Made by a program: the position numbers and the translations under genes. The notes below the pieces were generated by a model. It did no database searches. It saw only the letters and a list, made by a program, of their open reading frames with translations, and was not told the DNA's origin. 64,000 nucleotides of DNA from Candidatus Omnitrophica bacterium UBA6215. GTDB lineage: Bacteria > Omnitrophota > Gorgyraeia > Pluralincolimonadales > Pluralincolimonadaceae. Shown piece after piece: positions 36,327-43,704 of this stretch. The first letter of the stretch is position 1; every line of letters starts with the position of its first letter. Where the stretch lies: positions 14,092 through 78,091 of the forward strand of contig DISH01000005.1 in NCBI GenBank assembly GCA_002421665.1, given 5' to 3'.

Positions 36327-37759
36327 TGTTTGGTCTCTCCGCCTGTATAGATGGTTCCCGTGGCGTAAGCAAGCTCGGCCAGCGCCACGAACAAATCCTT
36401 ATTTGATTGTATCAGACTGCTTTTCGCGTCGGAGAGTTTGCTCTCCGCGTCGATCAGGTCCAGTATGCTGTTAAGGCCGTTGCTATAGCTTTCCAGTGCC
36501 AGCTCATATGAAGTCTGGGATGTCTCCAGGAATGCCTTGCTGTATTCTACCTTCTTGATAGCCGTTTTGAAATCAAAATATTTAGTCCATACTTCCGCGC
36601 TGGCGGATATCTCCGCGTCGATCAGTTTTTCGCGCTCTACGTTCGCAAGGGCTTCTTCCTCTTTTAATTTATTGAGGTTCTTAAAACCGTCGAAAACGTC
36701 CCAGTCGAAGCTCAGGTAAGCGGCGTAGGTGCGGTCGTTGTCGCGGTCCTGCCTGTTGCCGTAATATTTATAGAAATTTTTGTCAGCGCTGGCCCCGGCG
36801 CTCAAACTTGGATAGAGGTCGGAATTCGCTGATTTTGCGGCGGCGTTTTGCGCCCTCACATTAGCCCTGAGCGCGGCTATGTCCGGCCTTTGTTCTATGG
36901 CGTCGTTTATCATAACGGTTATGTCCTGATCGTTTATTGCGGTAGGGATATCCTTTTTCGGTTCAAGGACCTCGAATTGAGTATCTGCCGGGTAACCCAG
37001 GGATTTTGCCAGGGCCGCCTTGCTGGTCTTGACGTTGCCTTTTGCGTTCTCAAGAGAATAGAGGGTCTGCTCGTAAGTGGATTTTGCCTGCAGGACGTCG
37101 AGTCTGGCTGCCAATCCTACCTCGTATCTGCGAGAGGCCGCGTCATAAGCGGCTTTCGAGTTCTTCAGGTCGGACTCTGCCGCGGCAAGGAGCGCAAGGC
37201 AGCTGTGGTAGGTGTAATAAGATTTTTCAACGTCTAGAACGACGCTTTGCATCGAACGGTTGAATTGAAAATTTGCGGCTATAAGCAGCTGGGATTGCTC
37301 TTCTACGTCAGCGCTCCTTCCGCCGAAGTCGAGCAGGAGATAGGTTATCTGTATGCCGGGCCCGTATTTAAAATAGTTAACGTCCGCGTAGTCCATCGTC
37401 GCTTTTGTGTCCTGCCTTGTGCCTGTCCCGGTTATGGTCACGGAGGGATAGTAGGCCGCTTCTTTCTGCAGTTTTACTGCCTGGACTGATTTAGCGTTTT
37501 CCCAGGCCTGCTTGGTGGACGGGTTTGTATGCAAAGCGACATCCAGAAGGTCACCCAAGGCGAGCAGTTTGGAGCTGTCCAGCTTTTGGTTGCGTATATC
37601 CTGCCAGGTGGTATCCTTTGAATCGGAAGACTGGATCTTTTTTGCGGGGATCCATTCAATGCTTGAGGACGAAGGGGCTGTCAGGGTGCGGCAACCTGCC
37701 GCAATGATCATCATAAACGCGCAAACAAAGACAGATAAGGTCCTCTTAATGGTAGCCAT
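36323..37759 (-). CDS. TolC-like outer membrane efflux protein (OMF)
   Basis: Two OEP repeats. Probable start MATIKRTLSVFVCAFMMIIAAGC, preceded by a TATAAT element. The track ORF extends further 5' to 38011 without support. Confidence 0.8.
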   Translation of the reverse strand: MATIKRTLSVFVCAFMMIIAAGCRTLTAPSSSSIEWIPAKKIQSSDSKDTTWQDIRNQKLDSSKLLALGDLLDVALHTNPSTKQAWENAKSVQAVKLQKEAAYYPSVTITGTGTRQDTKATMDYADVNYFKYGPGIQITYLLLDFGGRSADVEEQSQLLIAANFQFNRSMQSVVLDVEKSYYTYHSCLALLAAAESDLKNSKAAYDAASRRYEVGLAARLDVLQAKSTYEQTLYSLENAKGNVKTSKAALAKSLGYPADTQFEVLEPKKDIPTAINDQDITVMINDAIEQRPDIAALRANVRAQNAAAKSANSDLYPSLSAGASADKNFYKYYGNRQDRDNDRTYAAYLSFDWDVFDGFKNLNKLKEEEALANVEREKLIDAEISASAEVWTKYFDFKTAIKKVEYSKAFLETSQTSYELALESYSNGLNSILDLIDAESKLSDAKSSLIQSNKDLFVALAELAYATGTIYTGGETKQ

Positions 37760-37871
37760 ATTATCCATGTGTATTATACAAACAAACAAAACTATTGGCA
37801 ACAAAAAATCATTGAAACCCTTGTCATTTTCGAGTATTTTTGGTATAGTTATATCGCTTGGAGGAGGCCAA

Positions 37872-38588
37872 ATGCGCAACATTCCTTGTATTGTAACTTT
37901 GGCGGCCGCGGCGATCCTTTTTTCAGCCGGATATTTGACTGCCGCCGAAATAAAGTTCGAGATACTGGAATCAAGCCGAACTATCCAGGGCAATCTTTTT
38001 CCTGCAGGCACAAGGATAGAATATACCGGATCGGGAGCGGTTAATTACGCCATATTGGAGACTCCCGGAAAGATACAGGAGATCCCGTGTCTCGGATGGG
38101 TTTATTTTTATGAGTCCGGGAAGATAAAGAACGCAGAGTTGGCAAAGGAACTCTCGCTCTACGGCATGAAATTCGGCAAGGGAAGTATCCTTCACCTTTA
38201 TGAGTCAGGGAAGGTGCGTTCGGGCATCCTGGCAGACGGAAAACTTGTTGGTGAAGTCAGGCTGGGGGCAGGTTCTAGAATTTTCCTTTCGGAATCAGGC
38301 AACCTTTCCAATGTGGACTTGGCCCAAAATCAGGAGATACAGGGAATAACCTGTGCGCCGGGACAGCTGTATTTTTACGAAGACGGCAGGCTTAAGCGCG
38401 CTGTATTGGCGGAAGATGAAGAGATAGGGCGCATTAAGTTCCCGTCGGGAAGCGAGATAGAATTATATAAGTCAGGAAGGATAAAGAGGGTCGCCCTGTC
38501 GCAGGACATGAAGATAGAAGGCAAGACCTATAACAGGGGCAGCCGGGTGAATTTCGGAGAAGACGGAAAGATCCTGCCCGTGATCTGA
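37872..38588 (+). CDS. secreted protein with six tandem ~30-aa MORN-variant (YwqK-like) repeats
   Basis: GGAGGA RBS 7 nt before ATG 37872. Signal peptide MRNIPCIVTLAAAAILFSAGYLTAA. Repeats with core [YFL]-[YF]-E-[SD]-G-[KR]-[IVL]-[KR] (FYESGKIKNAEL, LYESGKVRSGIL, FYEDGRLKRAVL, LYKSGRIKRVAL). The track ORF 37512 start is antisense-overlapping and rejected. Confidence 0.65.
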   Translation: MRNIPCIVTLAAAAILFSAGYLTAAEIKFEILESSRTIQGNLFPAGTRIEYTGSGAVNYAILETPGKIQEIPCLGWVYFYESGKIKNAELAKELSLYGMKFGKGSILHLYESGKVRSGILADGKLVGEVRLGAGSRIFLSESGNLSNVDLAQNQEIQGITCAPGQLYFYEDGRLKRAVLAEDEEIGRIKFPSGSEIELYKSGRIKRVALSQDMKIEGKTYNRGSRVNFGEDGKILPVI

Positions 38589-38613
38589 TCATATAGAAGC
38601 GTATCGATCTTGT

Positions 38614-38701
38614 GCTGGGATGGCGGAATTGGCAGACGCGACAGTTTGAGGGGCTGTTGGTTGAATAAACTGTGGGGGTTCAAATCCCCCTCCCAGCACC
38701 A
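38614..38701 (+). tRNA. tRNA-Leu (anticodon GAG), type II with long variable arm
   Basis: Acceptor GCTGGGA/TCCCAGC, anticodon stem ACAGT/GCTGT with loop TTGAGGG, 16-nt variable arm, T-arm GGGGGTTCAAATCCCCC, CCA encoded. Confidence 0.85.
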
Positions 38702-38725
38702 ATCTTTTTGAATCAGCGGTGACAT

Positions 38726-39499
38726 ATGTCCGGACCCAAGATAGGCTGCCATACTCTTACCTGGGGTAATTACTTCGGAGCATATCCCCTGAAGAACGTT
38801 CTTTGTGATATAAAGGAAGCGGGATACGAAGGGGTTGAAATATATGAAGATGTACAGAACCCGTCCCTGCTAAAAAGCCAGTTTGAGGAGACCGGTTTGG
38901 AGTTGGCCGCGCTTTCTGCCAATGTCAGGGTTACCTCCGACGAGAAATCCGATATATCAGAAGCCGTGCAGAAGGTGCTTCTGGGGGGTAAGTTCGGTAT
39001 AAAGACACTCATGGTCACCGGAGGCTGGAAGAACGACGGCCTCAACAAGGATCCGGGAAGCTATAAGTTACTTTGCAGGAGGCTCGACTCCCTTAGCCGC
39101 TACGCTTCCGAATTCGGGATCTCCGTTGCCTTTCATAACCACCTGGACACGATAGTCGAGGACGAGAAGGATATATTCAACCTTCTCGAGTTTTCGAGGT
39201 CGGTCAAACTCTGCGCGGATACCGGCCACCTTGCCGCTGCGGGTTGTAACCCTGCCGCCGTGATCGAAGAACTTTCGTCATCAGTTGCCCTTGTCCACCT
39301 TAAAGATTGGGATCCCGGTATAAAGGATTTTGTAGAGCTCGGGCGAGGCGCACTTTGCCATAATATAAAAAATATCCTTGAAACTCTGAGAAGGATTAAT
39401 TATACTAACTGGATTGTTGTGGAACTTGACAGGACTATAAGCACTCCGTTGGAGAGCGCGAAAGTTTCTCGCGGTTTCCTTAGGGGGATAGGATATTAG
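38726..39499 (+). CDS. sugar phosphate isomerase/epimerase (xylose isomerase-like TIM barrel)
   Basis: 257 aa, KIGCHTLTWGNYFG...EAGYEGVEI, typical AP-endonuclease-2/XylA-like TIM-barrel family. Confidence 0.75.
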   Translation: MSGPKIGCHTLTWGNYFGAYPLKNVLCDIKEAGYEGVEIYEDVQNPSLLKSQFEETGLELAALSANVRVTSDEKSDISEAVQKVLLGGKFGIKTLMVTGGWKNDGLNKDPGSYKLLCRRLDSLSRYASEFGISVAFHNHLDTIVEDEKDIFNLLEFSRSVKLCADTGHLAAAGCNPAAVIEELSSSVALVHLKDWDPGIKDFVELGRGALCHNIKNILETLRRINYTNWIVVELDRTISTPLESAKVSRGFLRGIGY

Positions 39500-39501
39500 A
39501 C

Positions 39502-40506
39502 ATGGAGTTTAAGGTTGGGATCTGCGGCCTCGGGAGGAGCGCCCAGGAATTCCATATACCCCTTATGAAAAGGGTAGGGAAGTTCCGGATAGTGGCGGTC
39601 TGTGACACCATACAGGGCCGCAGGAGAGTCGCGGACAGGGATTACAATACAATAGCTTTTTCCGATTATAAGCATTTCCTTGACAGCGATATAGATCTGG
39701 TAGTCATTGCGACCCCTTCGAGCAGCCATTTCCGCATAGCCAAGATGGTCCTCGGGGAAGGCAAGCATTGCGTAGTCGAAAAACCGATAGCATTAACGCT
39801 GAAAGAGGTCGACTACCTTATAAAGCTTGCCGCCAGGAAAAAAGCCGTTCTTTCGGTATTCCAGAGCAGGCGGTTTGACGGGGATTTTTTAACGGTAAAG
39901 AAGATCCTGGACGAGCATCTCGTCGGCGAGCCTTTTACCATAGAGTCCAGGGCTACATCATACGGTTCTTTGAAGAATTACGGGGTAAAGGAATTCAAAC
40001 CCTCTTGGCGTTACAAGAAGGCCTACGGAGGGGGGATACTCTATGATTTCGGTTCCCATATAATCGACCAGATACTTACTCTTGTGAAAGAGACCCCGGT
40101 CTCGGTCTGGTGTGACATGAAGTCGGTACTGTGGTCGAGGGAAGTAGATGATTACTTCAAGCTGCTTATAAGGTTCCGCGGAGGGATAACCGCGCATCTT
40201 GAAGCGAGCCAGGTTTCGCGGTATAATCTACCCCGGTGGTATATCCTGGGGAGCAAGGGCGCCTTGCTCAGCGAGAATGGCGGCCACCCCATCAAGATAA
40301 AGACCCAGATAAAAGGCGAGGAGTTCGAAAGGACGTACCAGGTCGAACCAAGCTGCTGGGAGAAGTATTACGAGAATCTTTATAATGTGCTTATGCATCG
40401 CGCGCACCCTCTCATAAAACTCGACGAAGTGCGCAAGAGCGCCGCGGTCATAGATGCCGCCCAGCTTTCGGCGCACAACAGGAGAGAAGAGAAAGTCAGA
40501 TATTGA
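39502..40506 (+). CDS. Gfo/Idh/MocA-family NAD(P)-dependent oxidoreductase
   Basis: N-terminal Rossmann VGICGLGRSAQEFHIPLM..FRIVAVCD and C-terminal GFO_IDH_MocA alpha/beta domain. Confidence 0.8.
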   Translation: MEFKVGICGLGRSAQEFHIPLMKRVGKFRIVAVCDTIQGRRRVADRDYNTIAFSDYKHFLDSDIDLVVIATPSSSHFRIAKMVLGEGKHCVVEKPIALTLKEVDYLIKLAARKKAVLSVFQSRRFDGDFLTVKKILDEHLVGEPFTIESRATSYGSLKNYGVKEFKPSWRYKKAYGGGILYDFGSHIIDQILTLVKETPVSVWCDMKSVLWSREVDDYFKLLIRFRGGITAHLEASQVSRYNLPRWYILGSKGALLSENGGHPIKIKTQIKGEEFERTYQVEPSCWEKYYENLYNVLMHRAHPLIKLDEVRKSAAVIDAAQLSAHNRREEKVRY

Positions 40507-40513
40507 GATTCAC

Positions 40514-40589
40514 GGCCCCTTCGTCTAGTGGCCTAGGACGGATGGTTCTCAGCCATTAAACACGGGTTCGATTCCCGTAGGGGCTACCA
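40514..40589 (+). tRNA. tRNA-Glu (anticodon CTC)
   Basis: Same architecture as E. coli tRNA-Glu (GUCUAG..GGCC.AGGAC D-arm, 4-nt variable loop, GGGTTCGATTCCCGT T-arm). Anticodon loop TTCTCAG. CCA encoded. Confidence 0.85.
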
Positions 40590-40604
40590 AATTTTGGCAT
40601 ATTC

Positions 40605-41276
40605 ATGAAATACCTTCCTTTACTTTTTCTGATGCTGTCCCTGCTTATGCCGGGTTGCGTTAGCGCACCGCGGCAGGAACCTGTTGCACTCGGAACACTG
40701 AATAACCCGATAGTTGACAGCGACATCACATTATCCGAGGCGCTCAGGAAAGATGCCCCCGAGGAGTTCAAGAAGGACCAAAGACTGGTAGAAGTGCTTT
40801 ACTATTCTTTTGACGGGAAGGTGCATAAAGGCCAGGTGGTCATCGACTACAGGCTTGTCAGCGATATAGATGAGGTCTTTCGCGTTGCCCTCGAAGAGAG
40901 GTTCCCCATAAATTCAGCAGTCCCGATATCACACGACAGGTTCTTCACTGAAGGCAAATGGAACGAAGACGACCAGTCGATGATGTCGAACAACACCTCT
41001 GCATTCAACTACAGGTTTGCCACCGGAAGCAAGAAGCTCTCAATGCATGCTTACGGGTTCGCGATCGATATAAATCCCGTTCAGAATCCCTACATAAAAG
41101 ATGATATCGTGCTGCCTCCCGGAGCGGTATACGATATTTCCAAGAGAGGGACGCTTGCACGGGACGGCAATATAGTCCGTACGTTCCTTAATCTGGGGTG
41201 GACATGGGGAGGCGATTGGACATCCCTGAAGGATTATATGCATTTCGAGAAAAACCCAATTATTACCGAACAATAG
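40605..41276 (+). CDS. M15-family zinc peptidase-like lipoprotein (D-Ala-D-Ala carboxypeptidase/VanY-like fold)
   Basis: Lipobox LLMPGCVSA. SxHxxGxAxD motif (SMHAYGFAIDI) and MHFE (compare EWWHFE) zinc-ligand motifs. Confidence 0.6.
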   Translation: MKYLPLLFLMLSLLMPGCVSAPRQEPVALGTLNNPIVDSDITLSEALRKDAPEEFKKDQRLVEVLYYSFDGKVHKGQVVIDYRLVSDIDEVFRVALEERFPINSAVPISHDRFFTEGKWNEDDQSMMSNNTSAFNYRFATGSKKLSMHAYGFAIDINPVQNPYIKDDIVLPPGAVYDISKRGTLARDGNIVRTFLNLGWTWGGDWTSLKDYMHFEKNPIITEQ

Positions 41277-41288
41277 CAATTTCATCCC

Positions 41289-41316
41289 TTGACAAAACGA
41301 GCTCATGATATATAAT
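41289..41316 (+). promoter_or_regulatory. sigma70-type promoter TTGACA-16-TATAAT for the AraR-like regulator gene
   Basis: Consensus hexamers. A palindromic GAGTATAC element follows at 41323-41330. Confidence 0.45.
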
Positions 41317-41378
41317 ATAACCGAGTATACCAAGGTATATAATAACTGTTTTTTTGGACAAAAAAGGATGAGAAGAAT

Positions 41379-42482
41379 ATGAAAGACTCTATCGAGAAGA
41401 ATTCCCCCGTCCCCCTGTATAAGCAGCTTAAGCATATCATCGAGAACCAGATTAAGAGCGGGCAAAAGAAGCCGGGGGAGTTGATTTCTTCCGAAAAGGA
41501 ATTCTGTGAGGAGCACGGCATAAGCCAGATAACCGTCCGTAAGGCCATATTCGAGTTGGTCAACGAGGGCATTCTTTACAGGATCCCCGGGAAGGGGACT
41601 TTCATTTCAGGCCCGGAGCAGGGCCCAAGGAGCATATCCAGGTTAAAGACCGAGAACATAGGCTTCGTTATATCACGCGAACACCACCCGATATTTTCCA
41701 ATACGTTCTATTCATACGTATTTGCAGGTGTGGAAGAAGAGGCGCGCGCCCACGGCTACAACCTTATCTATCAAGTCCTTGACGAAAAGCTTATGTTCGA
41801 CCCCTCTACCTTCAAGCTGATAGAAGAGCGCAAGGTGGACGGACTGATACTTGCCGGGGAGATGTCACACAGCTTCGTATCCAATCTTAAGGCAAAGGAC
41901 ATACCCATTGTGCTTGTGGACCACTATATAGATAACTCCGGGCTTGATTCGGTCGTGACGGACAACACGAAGGGTGTCTGTGAGATGATCAAGTATCTTG
42001 CCGACCTTGGACATGAACGAATAGGTTTCCTCGGGGCCACCCTTGAGCACGGCTCCTTCATGGAGAGGTTCGAGGGATATAAGGCCGCCCTGAAGAAGAA
42101 CCGCCTGGACTTCAACGAGGAACTCGTCCAGACGGGACTGTTGTGGAACGGTTACGGCATAATGGAGAAGATGTTCCGACTTTCCAATATGCCTACGGCC
42201 ATATTTGCATGCAATGACCTTCTGGCTATACGTGCCATGGCAGCGATACAGGATAAGGGAATGAAGATACCGGATGATATAAGCATAGCGGGTTTCGATG
42301 ATATAGATATGAGCCAGCAAATACATCCGCCCCTTACGACCGTGCGAGTCCAAAAAGAAGAGATGGGCAAGACCGGCGTCAAAAGGCTCATACAGAGGAT
42401 CAAAAACAGCAGCAAGAAGCCCGAGAAGATAGTGGTGGCGACCGAACTTGTTGTCAGGAAGTCCTGTAAGTCGATCAAGTAA
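41379..42482 (+). CDS. AraR-like transcriptional regulator (GntR-family HTH fused to LacI/GalR-type sugar-binding domain)
   Basis: N-terminal GntR wHTH (PLYKQLKHIIENQI...ISSEKEFCEEHGISQITVRKAI) and C-terminal periplasmic-binding-protein type I fold with CNDLLAIRAMAAI...GFDD typical of LacI-family effector domains. Confidence 0.8.
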   Translation: MKDSIEKNSPVPLYKQLKHIIENQIKSGQKKPGELISSEKEFCEEHGISQITVRKAIFELVNEGILYRIPGKGTFISGPEQGPRSISRLKTENIGFVISREHHPIFSNTFYSYVFAGVEEEARAHGYNLIYQVLDEKLMFDPSTFKLIEERKVDGLILAGEMSHSFVSNLKAKDIPIVLVDHYIDNSGLDSVVTDNTKGVCEMIKYLADLGHERIGFLGATLEHGSFMERFEGYKAALKKNRLDFNEELVQTGLLWNGYGIMEKMFRLSNMPTAIFACNDLLAIRAMAAIQDKGMKIPDDISIAGFDDIDMSQQIHPPLTTVRVQKEEMGKTGVKRLIQRIKNSSKKPEKIVVATELVVRKSCKSIK

Positions 42483-42500
42483 CAGGAAGGGGGGCGGAAG

Positions 42501-43085
42501 ATGGCAGGAAGGATATTTTTTACCGTAGCGGTCACGGTACTCTGTTCATTGACTTATGCTCAGGAGCTGGTCTGGGAAGGTTTTGAAGGGAAGAACAACT
42601 GGGTTATGGTCGAATGGCGCAATTCGGGCAGGGGGAAGATGGAGATATCAGAAGAGCAGTCTACCGAAGGCGCCAAATCCCTGAAGGTTATAATGAACAG
42701 GGAAAGAAAGACCTACAGGGATAAGGTGGGGGTATCGAGGGAAGGATACCTAAACCTGGCCAGGGCGGATAAGGTGATAATGGACGTTTACTGCAAATCT
42801 GACGACGGCCTTGCCGTATCGATAGCTTTTGATATAGGCGATAAGGGAAATTACTATGAATCCGTCAAAAGGCCGTTAAAAAGGGGTTGGAACAAGGATA
42901 TCAGTTTTGACCTGGCGGCTGATTATTTCAAATGTGAGGGCAGCGACTGGAAATACGACAAGTCTATACCCGACAGGAGCAACATAACCAAGATGCATAT
43001 AATAATATACAGGCCTTCGAATATCATTTTTGAGGAGACCGTGTATATAGATAATATAAGGATAGACCAGAAGAAGCCCGTATAG
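42501..43085 (+). CDS. small secreted protein consisting of one uncharacterised CBM-like beta-sandwich module (copy 1)
   Basis: Signal peptide. Motifs VWEGFEGKNNW, KSLK, RGWNKDISFDL, FKCEGSDWK, YIDNIRID are shared with six other copies in the window. Confidence 0.7.
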   Translation: MAGRIFFTVAVTVLCSLTYAQELVWEGFEGKNNWVMVEWRNSGRGKMEISEEQSTEGAKSLKVIMNRERKTYRDKVGVSREGYLNLARADKVIMDVYCKSDDGLAVSIAFDIGDKGNYYESVKRPLKRGWNKDISFDLAADYFKCEGSDWKYDKSIPDRSNITKMHIIIYRPSNIIFEETVYIDNIRIDQKKPV

Positions 43086-43120
43086 GGGACGCATTTGCTC
43101 CGCGAACAAGGAGAAATTGG

Positions 43121-43681
43121 ATGAAAAGAGCGGTTTTTTTCGCTATATTGACGGCAGTAATGCTGTTCATGTATGTCTCTGTACATGCAGAGGTATTTGA
43201 CAGTTTCGAGGGGGTCAATGATTGGGGCTTCGAGAGCTGGGATAACGTCGGCGGGGTCGCGCTGTCGATAAGCGCGGAGAAGGCTTCCGACGGCAAGCAG
43301 TCGCTAAAGGCAGTCGCCAAAGAAGAACAAGAGGACTGGAAGAACAGGTTTGTGTTATCCAGGGATGCCTCGCTGGACCTTTCCGGTTCGGATATGTATA
43401 TGGACATCTATACTGATGCTTCTTCCGGGATGTCGGTTGCCGTAGCATTCGATACCGGCGGGGAATATTATGAGTCCGAAGGCAAGATCCTCAACCAGGG
43501 TTGGAATAGGGACATAAAGTTCGACCTCTCTGCAAAAGATTTCAAGTGCAAGGCAAGCGACTGGAAAAATTCGGTTCCGTTAGCAGACAGGAGCGATATA
43601 AGCAAGGTCTTCGTACTTGTGCAGCATCCGAAGAAAATGAAGGGCGCTACGGTATTCATCGATAATATAAGGTTTAAGTGA
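43121..43681 (+). CDS. small secreted protein consisting of one uncharacterised CBM-like module (copy 2)
   Basis: Signal peptide. VFDSFEGVNDW, QSLK, NQGWNRDIKFDL, FKCKASDWK, FIDNIRFK. Confidence 0.7.
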   Translation: MKRAVFFAILTAVMLFMYVSVHAEVFDSFEGVNDWGFESWDNVGGVALSISAEKASDGKQSLKAVAKEEQEDWKNRFVLSRDASLDLSGSDMYMDIYTDASSGMSVAVAFDTGGEYYESEGKILNQGWNRDIKFDLSAKDFKCKASDWKNSVPLADRSDISKVFVLVQHPKKMKGATVFIDNIRFK

Positions 43682-43704
43682 GATACTAGGACCGGTCGGT
43701 CTCA

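Noticed and set aside
37512-37871. Upstream extension of the MORN-repeat ORF
   Set aside because: The extension overlaps the 5' end of the convergent TolC-like gene on the other strand. A GGAGGA RBS and a signal peptide begin at ATG 37872.
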